Of a stretch of DNA of 64,000 nucleotides, positions 1-9,503 are shown one piece after another. The notes beneath the pieces are model-generated. The model ran no database searches. It was not told where the DNA came from and saw only the letters and a program-made list of their open reading frames with translations. The stretch covers positions 448,001-512,000 of the forward strand of contig CBDDCA010000006.1 in NCBI GenBank assembly GCA_965226055.1, written 5' to 3'. Every line of letters starts with the position of its first letter. Position 1 is the first letter of the stretch. Origin of the DNA: Spirochaetia bacterium (GTDB lineage: Bacteria > Spirochaetota > Spirochaetia > WTKD01 > G963693115). The position numbers and the translations under genes are program-made.

Positions 1-2051
1 ATAGCTTTTTGCATTTGCTTGCGTTGAGGATACTTCTATGCCATCTGCTATGCCAAAGCTAATGGTGGTTGCTGTTCTTGTTATGCTTTTTTCTGCTACC
101 AAGTTTGTGCCATCTAACATACGCAGGGTGTAGTATCTTCCTATGCCTGGAGCTTGCTTAAAGCTTACTTTTATTTGTATTGCTCCTGTTGTTGTAACTA
201 GGGTAGGCTTGTTTTGAAAGAGATCTTCTGAGGGAGCTATGGGTGAGTTGGGTGTGGTTATGTCTTTTATGGCTTGGGTGCTTTTGTTTTCTGAGTAATC
301 ATAGGTGAGTATTGTTACGGTATATGTTTTGCCTTGCGTGAGTTCTTCTACAGAGAGTGACTTTGTGGGATAGGGTATTTTCTTTTCGCTCAGTACTGCA
401 GTACTTGTGCCTTTCTCTGCTATGCTTACACTGTATTCTTTTATGTCTTTGTTATTGGCTTTTGTTGTATCAGGAGCTGTCCATGTTATCTGTGTGCCTA
501 CCTTCGCTGCTGATACAAAAGGATAGCTTGCTTGTATGTTTGTTACTGCATCGGGGGCGGTGCTATCTGCTGCAGTAGTGACTGTGGCATTTTCTGCTGT
601 TCCTTTGTTTCCTGCACTGTCCATTGATACGACTGCCACTGTATACTCGGTGGTTGCTTTGAGGCCTGGTATCTGCGTGTTGCGTACTGTTCTCTCTGTT
701 ATTGTTACTGTCTTTGCTGGGGTACTGCTGTCTTTTTCTGTTGCTGTTATAGTCACTCCTGCGTAGTCTCGTACATCGGGAGCTTGCCAGCCTACTACTA
801 TGCTTGTTGCTCCTCCTACTGCACTTACATTGGTCGCGGGCTTTGTTGTCTTGTCTGTTGTTGCTTGTTCTTTTGACACTGCAGTGGAGTACTTTCCGTT
901 TTGAGAAACATATACCTCTACTTTGTAAGTAAGCGTGCCATAAAGTTTTGTGAGGGCTATGCCGTCCTTTGCTACATACACAGTGGCGTACTCTTGATTG
1001 TCTGCACTTGCAGAACTGAGTTTGGCTGTACTGCTATTGTTCACAGTTTCCTCTGCTACTACTGTATTTGTTGCAGTTGCTATAACGCGTACTAAGAGGC
1101 TTTTGTCCGTAAAGGTAACATTTCCCCACTTGATAAGCAGGCTCTCATCGGCTGGGCTATTGCTTTTATCGTTTGCTGTTACTGTAAGGTCTGCCTCTGG
1201 CAGTGGCGTTACTGTTTGTGAAAGCTGTGATGCTTGCACGCCTGTCAATACTGTTGTAGGACTGCTTGTGTTATCATTTCTGTCTTTGTAGCGTATTTCT
1301 ACATCATAGGATATGCCTGCAAGCGTGGAGATCTTTGGAAGTATAACTTCTCCTTGCTGTAGGTTCTGCACGGTAGCTTGTGCAAGCACTATGCCACCAG
1401 TCGTGCTTTTTACCACTATCGTTGCTTCGGCTATATCTGTCTTGCCTAGTGCAAGTCGCTCTTTGTCCCATGTTATCTTTATACCATCCCCCGACTTCTC
1501 TACTCCTACCTGTGTCAATGTGTCCTGTGGTGCAGTAGTATCTATCAGTGTTGTCACGGAGCGTGTTGTTTTTGGTGATACTTCTGTGTCTTTTTGTGCC
1601 TCTATCTCTACGGTGTAGTCGGTGAGTGCTTGTAAGCCTTTGAGTTGGTACGATTGTCCTTGTTGAAAGAGTGTTTGATATTCTATTGCAGGAATACGCA
1701 CTTGTATTGACTGTTCTGATACTATAGATGGTGCGGTAGATGTAGCTTTTACGACTACATGCGTGGCATCACTTGGGGCTTCCCAGCGTAACGAGAGTGT
1801 CCCATCGTTGCTTGCTACTTGTATCTGCACATTGGACACTGATGCGAGTGTCGGGGTTACTGGTGTTCCCCCTCCGCCTGATGAGGAACTGCTACTGCCC
1901 TCCGAACATCCTACGAGTACGAGGATTGCTAGCACTAAAAATAATACTACTAGAGTTATGTTTTGCTTATATCGAGAGTGTACCCCCCCCCGATTTTTTT
2001 CATGCTGTATAGCTCTTTGCTTTTGTAGCTATCGTTTATCCATACTTTCAT
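1..2051 (-). CDS. Large fibronectin type III-repeat surface lipoprotein, frameshifted at a G9 tract (phase OFF as sequenced); 3' end runs off the window
   Basis: RBS AAGGAG, then ATG at 2051 reads MKVWINDSYKSKELYSMKKIGGGYTLDISKT* (stop 1956-1958). The shifted frame gives a lipoprotein signal ITLVVLFLVLAILVLVG-C (Cys 1906-1908). It continues with FN3-like motifs (LRWEAP, LKGLQALTDYTVEIEA, VGWQAPDV, GLKATTEYTVAVVSMDSAGNKG) and no stop was seen in the stretches translated down to base 1. Absent from the ORF track. Confidence 0.8.
1983..1991 (-). repeat. G9 homopolymer (C9 on + strand) in the 5' coding region, next to an A7 run
   Basis: tacccccccccgatttttttcat at 1981-2003. Confidence 0.95.
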
Positions 2052-2243
2052 AAATATCTCCTTTTATTTTATTATCGTGTACTTATCAGCATACACAATA
2101 GTATCATAATTATTATAGCACAAAATACTATAATTTTTATCATTTCCATGATAACATAACTCCATACACTGATACACGATTGGAGATACTAACTTTACAA
2201 TATAATAAATATAATAAGTAAAATATGATATACTATATACAGT

Positions 2244-3425
2244 ATGTCTAGTGTATACTCTAATAAATATGCTGATTTAGATTACTCACAGCTTATAAAT
2301 GATTTGCGATCATTTAAAGAGGTGCTTCTTAGTAATCTTATTCTTGTTGCTGAGCAACCAGCTTCGGTAGGAGCAACGAAAGACAGAGCTAATATCATCG
2401 TAAATCGACTGAGTGACACTGAAAGTCTAGGGGCTATACTTGACAGTGCTGGAAATGTTATTGCTGAGTATCCTGCTGTTCATCCAAAACGAAATATAGT
2501 ATTGCATGCTCATATTGATACACATCATAGCAGCGATAAGGATCATACAATACAGGTATTCTCTGATAAAGTAATTGGGCTTGGGTTAGTGGATAATAGT
2601 TTAGGTATTGCCACATTACTCACCTTACCCAGTATTTTAGAGAAATTTCAGTTTAATCTTGAAACAAATATTGTCTTTTGTTTTTCAGCTAACTCATTAG
2701 ACGAAGGAAATTTACACGGAACTCAGCATTTTTTAGAAACAACAAAAAGAACATTTCATTATGGTATCTGTGTAGAAGGGTTTCCTTTAGGCAGGATAAG
2801 TTATCATTCGTTGGGGCTACTTCGAGGAATTATTAATTATGCCATGCCTTCAAAATATGATTGGAGTCGCTTTGAATCTTCAAACTCAATTATCAATATA
2901 GTAAATATTATCAATAGAATACTTGGTCTGCCACTCCCAAACAAGCCAAGAACATCTATACAGTTTTCAAGATTACAGAGTGGTGTTTCGTATGATGTAT
3001 TGCCTAGCTCTGCTCAGTTGCACTTTCAAGTGCGTAGTGAATCAGATGAAATAGTAGAAAAAATAAAAACGGAAATTGACAGTGTTCTTAGTGAGTTAGC
3101 ATTAAGTACAGGTGCTACAGCTAATCTTGATATTATTACAAAACATTTTTCGGGCGGACTGCCTTTTTCTCATCCTTTAGTAACACAGCTTCATACTATA
3201 CAAAATACATTGAATATAAAAACAGCTTTGATGGCAAGCACCTCCGATTTATGTGCTTATATAGAAAGAGGTATTCCTGCAGTAACAATAGGATTAAGTT
3301 CTTGTGAAAATTATAATCTTGAAAATGAAGTGTTACATATAGAGCCAATTTTTACTGGCATAGCACAGTTATTAGGGTTAATACTTGCTATTGACAGAGG
3401 AAAGATAGAAACAGAGAAAGGATAA
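2244..3425 (+). CDS. M20/M25/M40 family metallo-hydrolase-like protein
   Basis: HAHIDT and GLVDNSLG motifs, dimerisation-domain-like middle, GIPAVTIG near the C-terminus. Confidence 0.75.
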   Translation: MSSVYSNKYADLDYSQLINDLRSFKEVLLSNLILVAEQPASVGATKDRANIIVNRLSDTESLGAILDSAGNVIAEYPAVHPKRNIVLHAHIDTHHSSDKDHTIQVFSDKVIGLGLVDNSLGIATLLTLPSILEKFQFNLETNIVFCFSANSLDEGNLHGTQHFLETTKRTFHYGICVEGFPLGRISYHSLGLLRGIINYAMPSKYDWSRFESSNSIINIVNIINRILGLPLPNKPRTSIQFSRLQSGVSYDVLPSSAQLHFQVRSESDEIVEKIKTEIDSVLSELALSTGATANLDIITKHFSGGLPFSHPLVTQLHTIQNTLNIKTALMASTSDLCAYIERGIPAVTIGLSSCENYNLENEVLHIEPIFTGIAQLLGLILAIDRGKIETEKG

Positions 3426-3428
3426 TAG

Positions 3429-4403
3429 ATGAGTAAAGTAGAAACATTATTACACGATTTTACCTTTCATCATAATCAGTTTGTTGATATTAAAAAACTA
3501 GTCACACTGAAAGAGAAAAAAAATATTACAATATCTTTGTGTATCCCTACACTAAACGAAGAAAAAACGATAGGCAAAGAAATAATTATTTTTAACTCTG
3601 AGTTAAAACAACGGTATCCTTTGTTAGATGAGATAGCGGTAATTGATTCTGGTTCTGAGGATAGAACTTTGGAAGTAGCAGCATCTTTTGGGGCAGATAC
3701 ATATTTATCAAAAGACATTTTGCCTGAGCAAGGAACGAAAAAAGGCAAAGGAGAGAATCTATGGAAAGCTATTTATCAGCTTACGGGTGATATTATTGTA
3801 TATGTTGATGCTGATATTAAAAATATACATCCTCGCTTTATATACGGACTTGTGGGACCTCTGCTCTTAAATGATGATATACAGTATGTAAAAGCTTTTT
3901 ATCAGCGCCCTCTTGAGCTTGCAAAAGGAGTACGCAGTGTTGGTGGAGGGAGAGTTACTGAAATTCTTGTTCGCCCTTTGTTTTCTCTATTTTTTCCTGA
4001 ATTATCAGGAATTATTCAACCGCTTAGTGGTGAATATGCAGTTCGGAGAAAAACACTTGAAAATATTCCGTTTCCTATCGGGTATGGGGTTGAAACTGCA
4101 CATTTACTTGATGTGTATAAACAATATGGTATAGGTGCTTTTGCACAAACTAATCTTGATATGCGCGTGCATAGAAATCAAGAAACTTTATCGCTTGGAA
4201 AAATGGCGTTTGGAATATTACAAACATTCATGGTACGGGCAAGTGATTTAGGAATTATGGAAAAAGTACCATCATTTGAAAATACGCTTATTCAATTTGA
4301 ATCTGATGAAACAAACTATAAATTAAAAGAAAAAGATATTATTGAAGAGGAACGTCCTGCTATGAAGACAATAGAAGATTATCAGAAAAAATATAAGCAA
4401 TAA
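3429..4403 (+). CDS. gpgS: Glucosyl-3-phosphoglycerate synthase (GT-A fold)
   Basis: CIPTLNEE, VIDSGSED, GKGENLW, DAD, GGGRVTE, QPLSGEYA, YGVE and HRNQ motifs. Confidence 0.88.
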   Translation: MSKVETLLHDFTFHHNQFVDIKKLVTLKEKKNITISLCIPTLNEEKTIGKEIIIFNSELKQRYPLLDEIAVIDSGSEDRTLEVAASFGADTYLSKDILPEQGTKKGKGENLWKAIYQLTGDIIVYVDADIKNIHPRFIYGLVGPLLLNDDIQYVKAFYQRPLELAKGVRSVGGGRVTEILVRPLFSLFFPELSGIIQPLSGEYAVRRKTLENIPFPIGYGVETAHLLDVYKQYGIGAFAQTNLDMRVHRNQETLSLGKMAFGILQTFMVRASDLGIMEKVPSFENTLIQFESDETNYKLKEKDIIEEERPAMKTIEDYQKKYKQ

Positions 4404-4549
4404 AAAAGCACGCTATTTTTTCTATTGTCAAAAAATGGTAATAGTATGAATATGATAGTTATATGTATGTAGAGACGATAGTTATTGTTAATTTTCTTCT
4501 GTACTATTTATAGCGTAGTAATAAAAAATACGATATAATAAAACGCAAG

Positions 4550-5788
4550 ATGACATCGAAACATAGTAATAAAGGTAATACACTTCTCTATATCATTTTA
4601 TTTTTGTTAATTGTACTTACAGTACAAAATAATGTAAGTAAATCATTTCTTTCTGATTTTTTTTCAGGAATATTTAATAATGATGTTGTATTACAGGATG
4701 ATGTAACAAATGATACTGAGAGAGATATTTTTACTGATACGCATATAGTGAATATTGAATCAAATGATTCTTTGAGTAATGATGAGCGAAATAGCATTTC
4801 TGTGTATCAGTCTCGTAACAAAGCAGTGGTAAATATTACTACTGAGGTTCTTGCGTATACATGGTTTTTTGAACCAGTACCACGAGAAAGTGGTGTGGGC
4901 TCAGGGTCTGTTATAGATACACGTGGGTACATACTCACTAACTATCATGTTATTGAAAATGCCAATAGAGTATTTGTAACATTCTGGGATAAAACAAAAG
5001 TAGAGGGTGAAATTATAGGCATTGATATAGAGAATGATCTCTCAGTGCTAAAAGTGGAGTCTATGCCATCAAGTACAGGAGTAATTCCTTTAGGTGAATC
5101 TAAAGGGTTACAAGTTGGACAAAAAGTACTTGCGATAGGAAATCCTTTTGGACTTGATAGAACACTTACAACAGGAATTGTTTCTGGGATAGAACGACCA
5201 GTGCGTAGTTCACGTAATATTGTAATTCAGAATATGATACAAACAGATGCTTCCATCAATCCCGGAAATAGTGGAGGGCCTCTATTAGATCGTAAAGGGC
5301 AGCTCATTGGAGTAAACACTATGATCTATTCTCCTAGTGAAGGATCTGTAGGGATAGGGTTTGCTGTACCCTCTGCTACTGCGCGCAGAATAGTGCCTGA
5401 TCTTATTCGTTATGGCAAAGTAAAACGTGGGTGGATAGAGTGGCAAGTACAGCCTTTGTTTCGAGAGCTTATTTCTTACGCAAACTTGCCTGTTGACAGT
5501 GGATTGTTAGTAAGCAGTCTTGATGTAGGGAGCAATGCACAAAAAGCTGGACTACAGGGAGGCGACAGAGGAAATCGTGTACAGTATGGGAGAAGTATTA
5601 TCTATTTAGGAGGGGATATTGTCACTAAGATAGGAAATACTGATGTTGCGTCTATATCTGATTTGCTTGAGGCTCTGGAAAGTACAAAGCCTGGAGAGAA
5701 AATTATGGTTGAATTTTATCGAGATGAAAAAAAGCAGAGTGCCAACATAACTCTGATAGAGAGACCTGAAAATTTGGTAATACGATAA
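4550..5788 (+). CDS. htrA: HtrA/DegP-type serine protease with PDZ domain
   Basis: TNYHV, DLSVLK, QTDASINPGNSGGPL; C-terminal PDZ; N-terminal membrane anchor. Confidence 0.92.
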   Translation: MTSKHSNKGNTLLYIILFLLIVLTVQNNVSKSFLSDFFSGIFNNDVVLQDDVTNDTERDIFTDTHIVNIESNDSLSNDERNSISVYQSRNKAVVNITTEVLAYTWFFEPVPRESGVGSGSVIDTRGYILTNYHVIENANRVFVTFWDKTKVEGEIIGIDIENDLSVLKVESMPSSTGVIPLGESKGLQVGQKVLAIGNPFGLDRTLTTGIVSGIERPVRSSRNIVIQNMIQTDASINPGNSGGPLLDRKGQLIGVNTMIYSPSEGSVGIGFAVPSATARRIVPDLIRYGKVKRGWIEWQVQPLFRELISYANLPVDSGLLVSSLDVGSNAQKAGLQGGDRGNRVQYGRSIIYLGGDIVTKIGNTDVASISDLLEALESTKPGEKIMVEFYRDEKKQSANITLIERPENLVIR

Positions 5789-5833
5789 GAATATGCTTTT
5801 GGGTACATATCTTATACGAGGAAAAAACAATAC

Positions 5834-5982
5834 ATGATAACAGAAGACACACTGAGAGGATTACTAACATATCTGAAGTTTCAAGACAAGAGTAATATTT
5901 TTAGTAAAAGAATTGGGGAAGCTATCTTAAAAATAGATTTTGAAAAAAGGAAATAGTGTACCCTGAAGAGTTAATCATCACC
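5834..5982 (+). pseudogene. N-terminal remnant of a type IIG/IIB-like (CjeI/Cj1051c-like) restriction-modification enzyme
   Basis: Reads MITEDTLRGLLTYLKFQDKSNIFSKRIGEAILKIDFEK/(frameshift)KEIVYPEELII. This resembles, from memory, the MITKDNF..LGF..IDY..I.YP..I N-terminus of those enzymes. It ends at an IS end. Confidence 0.5.
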
Positions 5983-6009
5983 TTTGTCGCATTTAATCCT
6001 TGAACTCGT
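5983..6009 (-). mobile_element. Solo IS30-family terminal inverted repeat (left-end type)
   Basis: tttgtcgcatttaatccttgaactcgt is the exact reverse complement of 56775-56801. Confidence 0.85.
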
Positions 6010-6517
6010 TTGTTATACATGCTATACTTTGTATAAAAACATCAGATATACTATGCTGTACCTCTACTATACTGCAATCTTCTTCATCATAAGGAAGTTC
6101 CAAACTATCATATTGACTTTTTAATAAAGATACAGGCATAAAATGTCCTTCTCGTTTTTGCATACGCTGTTTAATTAGCTCATAATCAGCATGAAAACAC
6201 AGAAAATAAAGAGGATAAGCACTTTGTCTCAAACAATCACGATACTTCTTCTTTAATGCAGAACAGCTTATAACAACCCTTTTTGATTGAGCTTCTTGTT
6301 GCTCTATGGTCTTACAAATTGTTTCAAGCCATTGCTGCCTATCACTATCCTGCAAAGCTATGCCTTTTTGCATTTTATGTCTGTTTTCTCTATTATGTAA
6401 TGCGTCCCCTTCGATAAATGTGCGTTGCAAATACACTGCTATTTTTTTTCCTATACTTGTTTTTCCACTCCCTGCCACTCCCATACAAACAATATGTGGC
6501 AATAATAATCCATCCAT
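5993..6517 (-). CDS. gntK: Gluconokinase (GntK/IdnK family)
   Basis: MGVAGSGKT P-loop, IEGDALH, ISCSALKKKYRD, GHFMPVSLLKSQ. Confidence 0.9.
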   Translation of the reverse strand: MDGLLLPHIVCMGVAGSGKTSIGKKIAVYLQRTFIEGDALHNRENRHKMQKGIALQDSDRQQWLETICKTIEQQEAQSKRVVISCSALKKKYRDCLRQSAYPLYFLCFHADYELIKQRMQKREGHFMPVSLLKSQYDSLELPYDEEDCSIVEVQHSISDVFIQSIACITNEFKD

Positions 6518-6553
6518 ATAATACCCTATATGCTCAGTTGCAATAGCACTCTA

Positions 6554-9481
6554 TCATTGTGGAAGATGCTCTATACTATCCCACTCCATTTGAGAAAGAA
6601 AACTTTCATTACATACAGAAGCAAAGCTTGCCGTATGTACAGTCGAAAGAATAGCATTTGCTGCATCAGTTACTTGTTGTTTCGTAAGAGATAACAGAGA
6701 ATCTCGTACTTGTTGACGCAACTGTGCAGTAATACCTGTAAACTGTCGAAATTGAGCCATACGTAATTTACGCAAAGGAGAAAATACTTTTATTGCTTCA
6801 CCTACCGTTCCTACTATCAATGTCGAAAGCATAGATTCTCTAAATTTTCCCTGTGCTGTACTCTCAATACTCTTAAAAAATTCATCATAGCTATCTTTAA
6901 TAGTAGGATCTCTAAAAGTATAAAAATATAATAAGGCCTCTGCCCCTAATAATTGTGTTCCTGCACCATATGCTCCTTGATTCATACGAATATTTTCTAT
7001 TAGTTTTTGAGAAATGATTTTACTTGCTAACTCATACGCTGCATAATGAGGACTAACATACGATACTGTAGGCATCACCATTGCATTAAAAGCCACTTGT
7101 GTTGGATAGGTAAAAGCAAATTTTCCTGCTTTCCCATTCACGCTTGCTGATAAAGCATGCAAAGTATATGCACGAGAAGGCAGTGCTTGATACAAGCTAT
7201 ATAAGGCTTGCTGTACTGTATCAATCTTTTGTTCTTTACATACCAATGTTATACTTAATCGCTCCTTTGTAAATACAGACTGTCGTATATGTTCTAGCTC
7301 TTTCGGATATAGACTAGTATCACTTTTTTCGTTAAGCCATGAATACTGCTTTGTACCGTTCCACTCATCATCTAAAATAGCAGAATACACAAATTGTGAA
7401 CCTGCCTTAATACTTGCATAACTTGTACCTGCATCAGGTAGCCTATTTCGTAATACAGTCTTTCCTTCTGCAACAATTTCATTGAGACGTTTTACACGCG
7501 TGAAATCCAAATCTAATAATAATTCTTTTAAGAGATCTATCACTTGAAGCATTTTATCCTCAAGAAAACTTACTTCAAGAGTAATCATGATCTTTAGTGA
7601 ACCATTAAGATCTACAAGATTTTCCATACTCATAGAGAGTTTCCCTGTGATCCTACGTATCTTGGTAGCTATATCTTCATAACTATGTTTGTTAGTACCT
7701 AAATCAGTACACGATGCAATAAATGTAGGAATAAGATACCGTGCATATTCATTATGTTCTATCAAAGAAGCAATATCAAAATGAAGTGCCATATATATCA
7801 ATCTGTTGCGAGTATTTTCTATCCAATGTATATTGAGAGCATTATCATGTATATGTTTTTCATTCCATACAATAATTTTTTTAGGTAACTCAGCTATACT
7901 TAGTTTTGGAACAGTGGCAAGTACTTCAGGACTGTCTTCTGTATTATTTAAGACATCAATATTTTTTGCAATTAATTTTTTCTCCTCTTTCTCTTCACTG
8001 CTATATGATTGCCATATCTGAGAAAATAATTCTTTTTCCTGTTGCATCTGTATTTGTGTGTACTCTTTTTGGGGACAAGCAAAAGTTGTTATCCGATGTT
8101 CATTGTATACAAGATATTTTTCAGCATATTCTTCAAGATATCGTGTGCCATGCGATGACTGTAACATATTCTTAAAATACAAAAAAGTATTATTTACATC
8201 CGCAAAGTCAAGTGGATTCTGCTGATACACCATCACTCTGGCAAGCTTTGATAGCCATGAAATTTTTCCTGTAGTATTGGTGAGTGCTTCGCGTAAACTA
8301 AACTCTACTCTACTTAATGTTGCATCAATGAAAGATTGAGGAATACCTTCCTGTATTACTTCTTGTAATGATTGTAATATAAATTGTTTTACTTCACTAT
8401 TTTTATCAGGATGAAACCCTGTAAGACCTAAAGTATATGTTAGCTGATGCAAAGATGCCCCCAAGCCAGTGAGAACACTTATATCATCAGCAATACCACT
8501 TTCAAGTAATTTTCTGCGTAACGGAGCTCCCGGTATTCCTACAAGTACCGAATGCAAAAATAAAGCTCGTTGCATTTCAATAGGATCATCATTTTTACCT
8601 AACAACCATGATATATCAACAGTCCCCATTGCTTCCTTATTTTCCTGAGAGAGAGGAACATTGATAAAAACATCTTTATCTAAACATACATGTTTCTGTA
8701 AAGGAGGAATTTCGTAAGAAGGATGTACTTCTTTATTCCAACGAGAAAGAAATTCCTGTTCGATATACACTAAATGTTCTTGTGTAGGAATGTTGCCATA
8801 TAACAGAATTTTTGTATATTCTGGACGATACCATTGTGCATGAAATTCCAAAAATTGCTCATACTGCAATAGAGGAATTTCCTTTGGGTTTCCTCCTGAA
8901 TCAAAGCAATAAAACATATCAGGAAACAACTGCTGATATATAGCTTCCAATAACAGACTGTTTTTATCTGAATAATCTCCTTTCATTTCATTGTATACAA
9001 TACCGTTTGAAGAAGTATTTCTATCAGAAGATTCATTGCCTTGCTCTTTTGTATATTTCTCTTCACTAAGAAGAAAGCCTTCACGATGAAATACCTCTTT
9101 TCTTAAAAGAGGAAACCATACCGCATCCCCATACATATTAAAAAGATTAAAAAAATCAGCTTTTACAGTAGAAGCTCCTACATACAAAGCTCTATCAGGA
9201 TAAGTCATTGCATTGAGATATGTTCGACAGCTTCCCTGCTCAAAATGGAAAAAAGGAGATTTTAGCTGATACCTCTGCGAACCACTTAGCACTGAATGTT
9301 CAAGTATATGAGAAACCCCACTGCTATTAGACGGATAACTAGGAACCGCAAAGACAAAAGCATTTTCTAAGTCATCGTTATGAACATGCAGTATCTCACA
9401 TTTTGTTGTATCATGCATATGATGAGATATTTCTCCGTTTACAAAATTATTATATCGTTTATCAATTAAAGAAAAACTCAC
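6554..9481 (-). CDS. Insulinase family M16C (presequence protease-like) metallopeptidase
   Basis: HILEH inverted zinc motif, LNAMTYPD, GIVYNEMKG, DSGGNP, IRMNQGAYG, YTFRDP. Confidence 0.9.
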   Translation of the reverse strand: MSFSLIDKRYNNFVNGEISHHMHDTTKCEILHVHNDDLENAFVFAVPSYPSNSSGVSHILEHSVLSGSQRYQLKSPFFHFEQGSCRTYLNAMTYPDRALYVGASTVKADFFNLFNMYGDAVWFPLLRKEVFHREGFLLSEEKYTKEQGNESSDRNTSSNGIVYNEMKGDYSDKNSLLLEAIYQQLFPDMFYCFDSGGNPKEIPLLQYEQFLEFHAQWYRPEYTKILLYGNIPTQEHLVYIEQEFLSRWNKEVHPSYEIPPLQKHVCLDKDVFINVPLSQENKEAMGTVDISWLLGKNDDPIEMQRALFLHSVLVGIPGAPLRRKLLESGIADDISVLTGLGASLHQLTYTLGLTGFHPDKNSEVKQFILQSLQEVIQEGIPQSFIDATLSRVEFSLREALTNTTGKISWLSKLARVMVYQQNPLDFADVNNTFLYFKNMLQSSHGTRYLEEYAEKYLVYNEHRITTFACPQKEYTQIQMQQEKELFSQIWQSYSSEEKEEKKLIAKNIDVLNNTEDSPEVLATVPKLSIAELPKKIIVWNEKHIHDNALNIHWIENTRNRLIYMALHFDIASLIEHNEYARYLIPTFIASCTDLGTNKHSYEDIATKIRRITGKLSMSMENLVDLNGSLKIMITLEVSFLEDKMLQVIDLLKELLLDLDFTRVKRLNEIVAEGKTVLRNRLPDAGTSYASIKAGSQFVYSAILDDEWNGTKQYSWLNEKSDTSLYPKELEHIRQSVFTKERLSITLVCKEQKIDTVQQALYSLYQALPSRAYTLHALSASVNGKAGKFAFTYPTQVAFNAMVMPTVSYVSPHYAAYELASKIISQKLIENIRMNQGAYGAGTQLLGAEALLYFYTFRDPTIKDSYDEFFKSIESTAQGKFRESMLSTLIVGTVGEAIKVFSPLRKLRMAQFRQFTGITAQLRQQVRDSLLSLTKQQVTDAANAILSTVHTASFASVCNESFLSQMEWDSIEHLPQ

Positions 9482-9503
9482 ACAGACCTCTTTTCATTTT
9501 GTA

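Noticed and set aside
357-2053. Seven short + strand ORFs in the track
   Set aside because: They are antisense shadows of the minus-strand FN3 lipoprotein gene
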